Below, piece by piece: positions 29,722 to 38,220 of a stretch of DNA of 64,000 nucleotides. The first letter of the stretch is position 1, and the number at the start of each line of letters is the position of its first letter. A program made the position numbers and the translations under genes. The stretch is from Longimicrobiales bacterium (lineage in GTDB: Bacteria; Gemmatimonadota; Gemmatimonadetes; Longimicrobiales; Gaopeijiaceae), in the NCBI GenBank assembly GCA_965238005.1, contig OZ250165.1:3040001-3104000 (forward strand), written 5' to 3'. Below the pieces are notes generated by a model. That model was not told where the DNA came from and did no database searches. It saw only the letters and a list, made by a program, of their open reading frames with translations.

Positions 29722-31322
29722 GAGTCTGCGCCGCAGAACCCTGCGGCGGCTATCTTTGGTGGTAGCGAAGGCATTGGGAAGGCTTGCGGATCACCGAGGG
29801 GGGTGAATGGGAACGACATTTCGACCGTACGATCCGGAGCAGATGTTGTTGCTGCCTCCGGATCTTCGGGAGTGGGTGTCGGAGGGTCATTTGGCGCACC
29901 ATGTGAGCGACCTGGTGGACGCGGTGGAGCTGAGCGCGTTCTACGGGCGGTACCGGGGGGACGGGCGGCGCAACTCGCCGTACGACCCTCGGATGATGGT
30001 CAAGGTGCTGATCTACGCGTATGCGACGGGCACCTTCTCGTCGCGGAAGATGGCGAGGAAGCTGGAGGAGGATGTCGCGTTTCGGATGCTGGCGGCGGAG
30101 AACTTCCCGAAGCACCGGACGCTGTGCGAGTTCCGCAAGCGCCATCTCGGGGATTTCCGGGCGGTGTTTGTGGAGGTGGTGATGCTCGCGCGGGCCTTGG
30201 GGCTGGCGGGGCTTGGCAGGGTGTCGGTGGACGGGACGAAGGTTCGGGCGAACGCGAACAAGCGCAAGGCGATGAGCTACGGCCGGATGGTGACCGGGGA
30301 GCCTCGGCTGGAGGCGGAGATCCGGGGGCTGTTGGAGAGGGCCGAGGCGGTGGACGAAGCGGAAGACGAGCGCTACGGCGAGGAAGCATGCGGAGACGAG
30401 GTGCCGGAGGAGCTCAAGCGGCGCGAGGACCGGCTGGCGGCGATCCGGGAGGCGAAGGCGCGCCTGGAAGCCGAGCAGAGAGCGGCGGACGACGCACGGG
30501 GCCGCAAGCCGGGGCAGACGCGCAACCCGAAGGGCGGCAGGCCCTACAAGCGGGAGTACGGAGAGCCGGACGAGGCGGCGCAGAGCAACTTCACGGACCC
30601 TGAGAGCCGGATCATGAAGACGAGTTCGGAGGGGTTCCAGCAGTGCTACAACGCACAGACGGTCGTGGAGGGGGAGAACCAGCTGGTGGTCGGGGCCGAG
30701 GTGACGGACAACGCGAGCGACCAGGGCCAGCTGGTGCCCATGGTCGACGCGGTGGCGCAAGCGTACGGCGAGACGCCGGCGCAGGTGCTGGCGGACACGG
30801 GCTATTGCAACGAGCGGGATCTCGAGGAACTGGAAGAGCGAGACATCGACGGGTATGTGGCGCTGGCCCGGGAGGGCAAGGCCGCCCCCACGGTTGACAA
30901 GGAGGAATATCCGGCGAAAGTCCGCATGGCGGAGAAGCTGGCGAGCGAAGATGGCCGCAGACGCTACGCACGGCGAAAGTCGCAGGCCGAGGCGCCCATC
31001 GGCTGGATCAAGGAAGTGATGGGCTTTCGACGATTCAGCTTCCGGGGCCTCGAGAAGGTCCGGGCCGAGTGGACCCTCGTGTGCCTGGCACTCAATGTGA
31101 AGCGGCTGCACACCCTTCAGGCGGCATGACTGCACGAGGGTTCACCCGCATCTGCCGGCGCGAGGGCTCTCGTAGCTCTCTTGCCCCCCCAACGCATCCA
31201 TTCCGCTCTCCCGATCCGTCGCAGACACAAGTCCTCAACCTCCCAATCACCCGGATCCGCCTCGCCGCGGACGGCTCGATGACCATTCGGCTCAGTCAGC
31301 TGTGCTTCTGCGGCGCAGACTC
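29722..31322 (+). mobile_element. IS1182-family element, copy 2 (appears identical to copy 1)
   Basis: Same IRs; CTAG at 29718-29721 and 31323-31326; all internal ORFs identical at offset 4916. Confidence 0.95.
29807..31129 (+). CDS. IS1182-family DDE transposase
   Basis: Translation identical to 24891-26213. Confidence 0.95.
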   Translation: MGTTFRPYDPEQMLLLPPDLREWVSEGHLAHHVSDLVDAVELSAFYGRYRGDGRRNSPYDPRMMVKVLIYAYATGTFSSRKMARKLEEDVAFRMLAAENFPKHRTLCEFRKRHLGDFRAVFVEVVMLARALGLAGLGRVSVDGTKVRANANKRKAMSYGRMVTGEPRLEAEIRGLLERAEAVDEAEDERYGEEACGDEVPEELKRREDRLAAIREAKARLEAEQRAADDARGRKPGQTRNPKGGRPYKREYGEPDEAAQSNFTDPESRIMKTSSEGFQQCYNAQTVVEGENQLVVGAEVTDNASDQGQLVPMVDAVAQAYGETPAQVLADTGYCNERDLEELEERDIDGYVALAREGKAAPTVDKEEYPAKVRMAEKLASEDGRRRYARRKSQAEAPIGWIKEVMGFRRFSFRGLEKVRAEWTLVCLALNVKRLHTLQAA

Positions 31323-31326
31323 CTAG

Positions 31327-31435
31327 CTTGTCGTCGGAATTCTTGCTCACGGCGCTCGAGCACCAGCGGCGGCCAACGCTCCGCAGACACGCGGTGTCAT
31401 GAGGTTCACACGGACTGCATCACAAACGGCGTCAT
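31327..31435 (-). pseudogene. Remnant of a paralogous B12 radical SAM gene
   Basis: 31387-31433 aligns 36/48 with 31990-32037 (TPFVMQS/VNLMTPRV vs TPFMMQSRVSLMKPRV); then ERW..LERREQEFRR reads across the IS to TGA at 29681-29683. Confidence 0.6.
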
Positions 31436-31469
31436 GGCATCGCTCAAGGGGACCGTTCCGAGTCGCGGG

Positions 31470-32921
31470 TCATACGTTCGGTGACGAGCGGGACTCGGCC
31501 TCACAGGCCCCGAGCTCGGCCCAGCGAGCTGTGAGGCTGGCCCCGGAGAACCCCGCCTCCGACATTGGGAGACGTACCTCATCGTGGAGGAGGTTACGGA
31601 CGGATTTGTAGAAGTCGGTCGTGTAGGTGCCCTCGAAGATCATCGCGAGGTCGTCGCTGTCCATCCAATTCGTCTTGTGGCTGAGTTGCTCCTTCACCAT
31701 TTCGTAGAACTTCGTCCCGGGCAGCGGATAGGAGACCGAGACCCCGATGTCATCCGGTCTCTCATCGAGGATGAGATCCCGCGTGAGGAGAATGTCATCC
31801 CACTCTTCGCCGAGATAACCCAGCTGCATGAACCAGCAGGTCCGAACCCCATGCTCCTTCAAAGTACGGGTGGCCTCCCGGACGCCATCGATACTCGTAC
31901 CCTTTTCCATGTTGTCGAGGACCTTCTGCGACCCTGACTCCACCCCCAGCCACACCTCCTCGGCACCCGCCTTGGCTAGCGCTTTCACCACACGTGGCTT
32001 CATGAGACTGACCCTGGACTGCATCATGAATGGGGTCGCGGCGCCACGGCGGGCCACCTCCTCGGCGAAGGCTTCGATCCAAGCCGGCGTGAGCCCGAAG
32101 ATGTCGTCGCAAAACCAGATGTGATCCGGGGCGACGGTGTCCCGGAGATGCCGCATTTCCTCCGCGACATCGGCCGGGCTCCGCTGCGTGTACCTCCGGC
32201 CGAAGACAGGCTTGGCGCACCAGTTGCAACCGTAGGGGCAGCCCCGAGACGTCAACATGTTCCAGGAGAGGCGACCATGCGCCGTCGTCCACGCTTCGCG
32301 GTAGCGATCCACCTCCAACAGGTCCCAGGCGGGGAGGGGGAGCGAGTCGAGGTCTTCAATCACCGACCGGGCAGCGGTTCGCCGAACCGGCACACCATTC
32401 GTCTGAGCCGGCCCGTCTGGGAGGGCAAGGCCAGAGATGCCCTCCAAGGAGGCTGAGGGATCGCCTCGCCACACGTCGAACAGCTCACATGCCGTGGTCT
32501 CTGCCTCGCCCAAGATGATCGCGTCGGCCCCGACCTCGAGGTAGAGCTCCGGGCGGTCGCTGGCGTCCGAACCGTTCACAGCCACTCGAGCGCCTATTCT
32601 TTTCGCGGCCCGGATCATCTCGAACGCCGCCTCGCGCATCCGGACCGTGCACATCTTGGTGAGGAAGTTGAAGTTGTCCTCGAAGATCCCCACGAGCCTC
32701 GGCCGGCTGCGCTCCACGAGTGCCTCGAACTCCTCTACACCCTCGGACAGCATGGCATCGAAGAGTTGAACGTCGTAGCCCTTTTCACGCAGGACGGCAG
32801 CCGTGAGGGCCGTCGCCAGCGGCGGGTACGGTTTCATTTTTTCCGTCTGCTTGGCGTCGTACCGCAAGTAGTACGAATGGGCGAGTACGACCGCTCGGGA
32901 CGCGTGTGGCGCTGGCGTCAT
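31470..32921 (-). CDS. B12-binding-domain radical SAM protein
   Basis: MKPYPPLAT, GEAE, DLDSLPLPAWDL, TSRGCPYGCNWC, FCDDIF, GVESGSQKVL, YPLPGT. Confidence 0.93.
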   Translation of the reverse strand: MTPAPHASRAVVLAHSYYLRYDAKQTEKMKPYPPLATALTAAVLREKGYDVQLFDAMLSEGVEEFEALVERSRPRLVGIFEDNFNFLTKMCTVRMREAAFEMIRAAKRIGARVAVNGSDASDRPELYLEVGADAIILGEAETTACELFDVWRGDPSASLEGISGLALPDGPAQTNGVPVRRTAARSVIEDLDSLPLPAWDLLEVDRYREAWTTAHGRLSWNMLTSRGCPYGCNWCAKPVFGRRYTQRSPADVAEEMRHLRDTVAPDHIWFCDDIFGLTPAWIEAFAEEVARRGAATPFMMQSRVSLMKPRVVKALAKAGAEEVWLGVESGSQKVLDNMEKGTSIDGVREATRTLKEHGVRTCWFMQLGYLGEEWDDILLTRDLILDERPDDIGVSVSYPLPGTKFYEMVKEQLSHKTNWMDSDDLAMIFEGTYTTDFYKSVRNLLHDEVRLPMSEAGFSGASLTARWAELGACEAESRSSPNV

Positions 32922-33023
32922 CGTACACGTCTCGACAAGTGTCTTCCTTCGGGCGGAGTCATCGCGAACCGCCAATCGAGCCGTGCACCGGGAGTCGTCG
33001 CGACGGTGCCCGCGACTCGAGGG

Positions 33024-34286
33024 CTACAGCTCTGGTCTGACATCCGTCGACCTCCGGGAAGCACGTGCAACAAGCACACTTCGTTCCGGCGGGATCCCGG
33101 AGACGCGAGCCATAACATAGGTCCGGGGCCTTTGGGCCGCATCCCTTCGTCCGCATGTTGACGCCTCGGACGCTTCACAGATGGGAGGGCAGAGTCGAAA
33201 GCAACGATCAGGTGTCAGCTGGTTCACGACCTGCCGGAGAGTGAGGGAGCACACGCACTTGCGGCAAATCTCATCGCGCCCCGTGTCCAACCCTTGGCGC
33301 CACGCCCGCGCCGACTGTGAGTTGAGAATCTCCGCAAGGGTCGAGCCGTCATAGATATTCCCAAGCGGTGGCTGAAAGAAACATGGCCGCACAGTTCCGT
33401 CGCTCTCTATTACCGTGGAGACCCAGGGCGCATTACAGGCGACTGGAGGGAACTCATCTGCGCCGACTAGTGCCGAATAGTACTGCAGGATGCGGTGACG
33501 CAGCTTCGCGGAATTCTCTGAGATGAACCCTTCCTTGAAGTCGATCTCGCAGTCGCGCTCCATCGCATCCAACTCGGCCGCCAGGATGGGAAGATCGCTC
33601 TCGGGCAAAGCAACCTCCGCGATGCGATCCGCGTCCCACGGCTCCGGTCGATTGAAGGCGTCGGTGCTCACATCCGCCGCAAGAAAACTGATCCCATCCA
33701 ACGCCAACTCGTGGGCAGCGGCAACGGTGGCGCGCATGTTCCGGAAATTCTCGCGCTGCACCGTGCAGCGACCCTTTATGCGAACGCCTCGGCTCGCCTC
33801 CCGCACCGCGAGGATTCCCTCCATGAGCTTCTGGTACGCTCGTGGCAGGTTTCGAATCCGATTGTGGACTTCGCGGGGGCCGTCCAGGCTCACGATCACA
33901 TCATCGCAATAGTGCACCAAACGTTCGGCATCTCTCTTCAAGAGAATCCCGGTGCTCAACACCGTTATCCCGATTTCGGCTGCTTGCAGGATTTCGCATA
34001 GGGTCCAGAAATCGGAATGCATGAGCGGCTCTCCGCCACTCAAGACTGCTCGCTTCACCCCAAGCGCCCTCCATTCAGGCAGCCAGCGCGAGAAGTCCTC
34101 GGCAGACAATTCATCCTTCGTGGTGTTTCTCCATATGTCGCACATGAGGCAGCGACAGTTGCACCGGCTGTGCGGGTAGAGGATGAGCACGGGCAATTGG
34201 GTAATGGGGTCCTGCCGGGGCAACACCGAGCTCAGCTCGTTCGCATCATCCAACGATGCTGTGGGTTGGGGGATCAACTCGGTCAT
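33024..34286 (-). CDS. Radical SAM protein with SPASM/twitch domain
   Basis: CNCRCLMC, SGGEPL, SLDG..HNRIR, CNAPW..IESDGTVRPC, CRKCVC; tail after CVCSL may be non-homologous read-through. Confidence 0.92.
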   Translation of the reverse strand: MTELIPQPTASLDDANELSSVLPRQDPITQLPVLILYPHSRCNCRCLMCDIWRNTTKDELSAEDFSRWLPEWRALGVKRAVLSGGEPLMHSDFWTLCEILQAAEIGITVLSTGILLKRDAERLVHYCDDVIVSLDGPREVHNRIRNLPRAYQKLMEGILAVREASRGVRIKGRCTVQRENFRNMRATVAAAHELALDGISFLAADVSTDAFNRPEPWDADRIAEVALPESDLPILAAELDAMERDCEIDFKEGFISENSAKLRHRILQYYSALVGADEFPPVACNAPWVSTVIESDGTVRPCFFQPPLGNIYDGSTLAEILNSQSARAWRQGLDTGRDEICRKCVCSLTLRQVVNQLTPDRCFRLCPPICEASEASTCGRRDAAQRPRTYVMARVSGIPPERSVLVARASRRSTDVRPEL

Positions 34287-34501
34287 GACACTCGCCACTA
34301 CCCTTGGAATCGCCTAGAATTAGAGTCGCTCTCCAACGCAGTTACTGTTCGAATCACCTAAGATTATCGGTCCATCTCCAATCCAGGTCAAACGACGTGC
34401 GAGGTGAAATCCTGGTTCGCTCTCTGGCGAGAATCTGGCTCTCCCTCAAGCGGCGGTTCCTGCTGCGCCGACTCCGGCCAACGAGGCGACGCTGCTGGCG
34501 C

Positions 34502-34588
34502 TGGTACGAGCTCCGCCCCTTGAAGGCGTGGCTCACACGCCGGCGCACCCCCTCGCGGTTCGATCTCTCGGAGGCGACGGTGCCCTGA
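34502..34588 (+). pseudogene. Orphan C-terminus of a methyltransferase paralogous to 27996-28817
   Basis: WYELRPLKAWLTRRRTPSRFDLSEATVP* vs WYELRPLVARLKRRRPPSRFDLWEARVP* (22/28 aa); stop overlaps next ATG (TGATG). Confidence 0.85.
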
Positions 34589-35694
34589 TGTTCGCGCTGC
34601 GCACCGAAGCCGGGCAGTGTTTGGTCGTCCGGGGCGAGAGGATCGTCCCCTCCTCGTCCGCCGTCTCCCTGAGCGTGGATCTGGGCGCCGGGGAGCTCCG
34701 AGCCGGCCTGATCAACAGTCACGACCACCTCTTCCTCAACCACTTCCCCCGTCTCGGGTCGCCTCCGTACCGGAGCCTGTACGCGTGGGCCGACGATATC
34801 CAGCATCGCTTTGCGGCCGAGGTCGATTGGTACTCGAGGCTCCCACGGGGCGACGCGCTCCTCTTCGGGGCCCTCAAGAATCTTCTCGGGGGGGTCACGA
34901 CGGTCGTGCATCACGACCCCTGGAGCGAGCACCTGGACAGTGGGTTCCCCCTGCGGGTCGAGCGCGTGCGGGTGATCCACTCTCTTGGCCTCGAGTCCGA
35001 CCTGGAGGGAGCGCTGGCCGGGAGCGAGGCCATGAAGGGGCATCCCGTGTGCATGCACCTGGCCGAGGGGGTCGGGGACGACGCGGCCTCCGAGGTGCAC
35101 GAGGCGGCGGCGCGAGGGCTGATAGACGGGCACCTTATGGCCGTTCACCTCGTCACCGTGGACGGCCACGGGATCGAGTTGCTGCGCGCGGCCAACGCCG
35201 CCTTCGTCTGGTGTCCCACCTCCAACCTGTTCCTCTACGGTCGGACCTCGCCGTCCGCGCTCTTCGAGTCCGGCATCGACGTGCTCCTCGGCACCGATTC
35301 CCTCCTCTCGGGAGCCGGCACTCTTCTGGACGAGCTGCGCACGGCGCACGAGGTGGGCCGCCTCGACGAGGATCGCCTCGTGGGTGCCGTGGGCGAGGTG
35401 GCGGCGCGTCGGCTCGGGCTCCCCGAGCCGACCCTCGAGCCTGGAGGCGTCGGGGATGTCGTCTTCCTCCGCCGACCGCTCCTCGAGGCGCGCCCCCGGG
35501 ACGTGGGCCTCGTCCTCGTGGGCGGGAAGCCCCGCCTGGGAGACGCCGAGTTCGCCGGGCTCTTCGAGCGCACGGGTGTGCCGGTCGAGCCACTCGAGGT
35601 CGGCGGCGTGCCGAAGCTCGTCGTCGCGCCTCTGGCCACGGTGGCGAGGGAGGTCGTGGAGCTCTCTCCGAGCTGTGGTCGCATCCTGAGGTAG
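34588..35694 (+). CDS. Amidohydrolase family protein (deaminase subtype)
   Basis: LINSHDHL, GGVTTVVHH, MHLAEG, AVHL, WCPTSN, LGTDS. Confidence 0.88.
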   Translation: MFALRTEAGQCLVVRGERIVPSSSAVSLSVDLGAGELRAGLINSHDHLFLNHFPRLGSPPYRSLYAWADDIQHRFAAEVDWYSRLPRGDALLFGALKNLLGGVTTVVHHDPWSEHLDSGFPLRVERVRVIHSLGLESDLEGALAGSEAMKGHPVCMHLAEGVGDDAASEVHEAAARGLIDGHLMAVHLVTVDGHGIELLRAANAAFVWCPTSNLFLYGRTSPSALFESGIDVLLGTDSLLSGAGTLLDELRTAHEVGRLDEDRLVGAVGEVAARRLGLPEPTLEPGGVGDVVFLRRPLLEARPRDVGLVLVGGKPRLGDAEFAGLFERTGVPVEPLEVGGVPKLVVAPLATVAREVVELSPSCGRILR

Positions 35695-35795
35695 TGCGGG
35701 CGGCGGGATGGGGCAGCGGGATGCGCCGAATCCGGTCGTACATCTCCCGGGGCCCGTTGAGGATCACGATGGAGAGTGCAGCCATGGGAGCGTGC

Positions 35796-35826
35796 GTACG
35801 TATGATTCGGCAAGAATCGTACGTAC
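35796..35826. promoter_or_regulatory. Near-perfect 13-bp inverted repeat upstream of the radical SAM gene
   Basis: GTACGTATGATTC-ggcaa-GAATCGTACGTAC, one mismatch (G-U compatible). Confidence 0.5.
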
Positions 35827-35989
35827 ACCCTGTCTGGGCCTGCACGGCCCGAGAGGTCCCTGGCACCGTGCCCGACGGGCCGGTAGAATGGTTACGGTGC
35901 GCGATCTTCCCGGCACCCGGGGGGGAGCGCTGTGGCAGGTGGTGCCGCGTACCATGTTGCGACTTCGAAGCGCGTGCAGAAGGGATCCC

Positions 35990-37501
35990 ATGATCGTCTT
36001 CGTCAATCCCCGCGCCACCCGACCCAAGAACCGGCGCTTCCCTCTGTCCGTGATGGCTGTTGGGGCGGCCCTCCCTCCGGACGTCCCCTGGGCGATCGTG
36101 GACGGCAACTGCCCCGGGACGGACACGTTCGGCGAGATCGCGGCGCACATCGAGTCACGGAAGGGTACCAGGGACCCCGTGCGCGCCGTGGGGATGAGCG
36201 TGATGCCGGGTCCCCAGCTCGTCGCCGCCGTTCCGCTGGCGCGGCGGGTCAAGGAGCGCTTTCCCCATGTGCCCGTGGTCTGGGGCGGCTATTTCCCCAG
36301 CCTGTACCCGACGCCGGTGGTCAGCGCGGGCTACGTGGACTGGGCGGTGCGGGGGCAGGGCGAGCAGACTTTCGTCGAGCTCCTCGATGTCCTCGACGGC
36401 CGCCGGGATCCACGCACGGTCGCCGGTCTGGCCTTTCAAGACGACGGAGAGATCTGGATCGGCTCCGAGCGTGAGTGGCTGGGACCCGACCAGCTCCCAC
36501 CCCCTCCCTACGACAGGATCGACGTCGAGGAGTACATCCACCCCACCGTTCTGGGGCGGCGAAGCGCCGTCTATCAGGCGTCCATCGGGTGTCCCTTCGG
36601 ATGCAAGTTCTGCGGTGTGATCTCCGTATTCGGGCGCCGCGAGAAGGTGGAGTCTCCGGCCCGGACGATGGACCGGCTTTCTTATCTGGTGGACCGCCAC
36701 GGGATGGATTCCGTCCACTTCTACGACAGCAACTTCTTCCTTGGGGAGGACCATGCGGTGGAGTTCTGCTCCCGCGTGACGGACCTGAGCATCTCGTGGT
36801 GGTGCGAGTCCCGGATCGACGCCATGCTCCGCTTCTCCGATCGGACGTGGCGGCTCATCAAGGAGTCGGGTCTGAAGATGGTCTTCTTCGGGGCTGAATC
36901 GGGCTCCAACGAGGTGCTGCGGAAGATGGACAAGCGACTGACCACGGAGCAGACGCTGGAGGTGGCGGCGAAGACCCGCGAATACGGGATCATTCCGGAG
37001 TTTTCCTTCGTGCTCGGCGACCCGGACGAGCCGGAGGCGGAGATCGAGAACACCCTCGCCTTCGTGCGGAAGCTTAAGACAGTGAATCCGTCCATGGAGC
37101 TCATCACCTACTTCTACACGCCCATCCCCCAGCGCGGGAGCACTTATGGGGACGTGGATCCCCTGGCCGGGACTCCGGGGACGCTGGAGGGGTGGATCCA
37201 GCCGGAGTGGGTGAGGTGGATGACCCATGAGGACCCGAGGGTCCCGTGGATGAACGACCGGCTCCGGGCGCGGGTGGAGAACTTCGAGCTCGTACTGAAG
37301 AGCCGTTTCCCGTCCGCCCATGACACGAAGACGGCCCGGTGGGGAAAGGTGCTCGCGAAGGCCCTCGCCGTTCGCCCTTGGCGCTCTGGCCGGTACGAGA
37401 ACACAGGGCTCCTGCGGGCTGTCGGGAAGCTGGCTCGGGTTCCCGAGGCGGACGCCCAGGCCTACGGTCACCTCCGGCAGCCGCCCGCGGACCTCCCGTG
37501 A
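35990..37501 (+). CDS. B12-binding-domain radical SAM protein
   Basis: MIVFVNPRA..RFPLS, SVMPGPQ, VWGGYFPS, RGQGE, ASIGCPFGCKFC, FYDSNFF, GAESGS. Confidence 0.93.
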   Translation: MIVFVNPRATRPKNRRFPLSVMAVGAALPPDVPWAIVDGNCPGTDTFGEIAAHIESRKGTRDPVRAVGMSVMPGPQLVAAVPLARRVKERFPHVPVVWGGYFPSLYPTPVVSAGYVDWAVRGQGEQTFVELLDVLDGRRDPRTVAGLAFQDDGEIWIGSEREWLGPDQLPPPPYDRIDVEEYIHPTVLGRRSAVYQASIGCPFGCKFCGVISVFGRREKVESPARTMDRLSYLVDRHGMDSVHFYDSNFFLGEDHAVEFCSRVTDLSISWWCESRIDAMLRFSDRTWRLIKESGLKMVFFGAESGSNEVLRKMDKRLTTEQTLEVAAKTREYGIIPEFSFVLGDPDEPEAEIENTLAFVRKLKTVNPSMELITYFYTPIPQRGSTYGDVDPLAGTPGTLEGWIQPEWVRWMTHEDPRVPWMNDRLRARVENFELVLKSRFPSAHDTKTARWGKVLAKALAVRPWRSGRYENTGLLRAVGKLARVPEADAQAYGHLRQPPADLP

Positions 37502-38199
37502 CCGTGGGCCGGTCCGGCCATCCCGCTCCTCTCGCTGCGCGAGACGCCTATGGGCTCTGGGCCCCCACGTACGACCGGGAGACGGCGGTGAGCGCGCTCG
37601 AGAACCGGGGCGTAGAGGCGCTCACTCCGCCCCTGTCGGGTCGGGCGCTCCTGGATGCGGGGTGCGGCACGGGGCGGAGGCTCCCCTCCCCGTCGCCCGA
37701 AGGGCCCTCCCTGGTGGTGGGGCTCGACCTCGTGCTCGGTATGCTCGTGCAAGGTCACGACACGATGGCGGATGGCGCGCACCTGGTTACCGGGGACCTC
37801 CGGGCGCTTCCTCTCCCGGCGGGACTCTTCGACGTGATCTGGTGCCGCCTGGCCCTCGGCCATCTGCCGACCCTGGAGGGAGCCTACCGAGAGATTGCGC
37901 GCGTGGCGCGAGAAGGGGCGTGCGTCATCGTCACCGACCTCCACCCCGAGGCGGCGCGGGCCCCGTCGGTCCGCACCTTCCGGGACGCCGACGGCGCGCT
38001 CCATGCGGTGGAGCATCACCTCCACGAGGTGGCCGACCATGAGCGTGAGGCTCGGCGCGCCGGTCTCTGGCTCGATGCGAGGCTGGATCTCATGGTCGGG
38101 CCGGAGGTCCGGCGCTTCTACGAGGACGCCGGAGCGCTCTGCCGATACGAGGAGCAACGGGGGCTTCCCCTCGTCCTGGCGCTCCGCTTGGTCGGATGA
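37498..38199 (+). CDS. Class I SAM-dependent methyltransferase (BioC-like fold)
   Basis: AYGLWAPTYD, LDAGCGTGR, GDLRALPL..FDVIWCRLALGHL, TDLHP; GTGA overlap. Confidence 0.9.
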   Translation: MTVGRSGHPAPLAARDAYGLWAPTYDRETAVSALENRGVEALTPPLSGRALLDAGCGTGRRLPSPSPEGPSLVVGLDLVLGMLVQGHDTMADGAHLVTGDLRALPLPAGLFDVIWCRLALGHLPTLEGAYREIARVAREGACVIVTDLHPEAARAPSVRTFRDADGALHAVEHHLHEVADHEREARRAGLWLDARLDLMVGPEVRRFYEDAGALCRYEEQRGLPLVLALRLVG

Positions 38200-38220
38200 G
38201 GGGAGCCCGAGGGCCGAAGG

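Noticed and set aside
24806..31322. Composite transposon carrying the ABC 3' part and two MTases
   Set aside because: Each copy has its own CTAG duplication and interrupts a frame that continues on both sides, indicating independent insertions.
35769..35993. Cys-rich short ORF (MESAAMGAC...CGRWCRVPCCDF..) ending on the radical SAM ATG, as a possible RiPP precursor
   Set aside because: It is the tail of a long shadow frame, has no recognisable leader and there is no RRE/PqqD in the window; the ATGA overlap arises automatically. Conservation in homologous clusters would be needed to revive it.
31470..37501. Assignment of the B12 radical SAMs as BchE, HpnP/HpnJ or GDGT ring synthases
   Set aside because: No photosynthesis, hopanoid or tetraether genes in the window; shared motifs are generic to the class.
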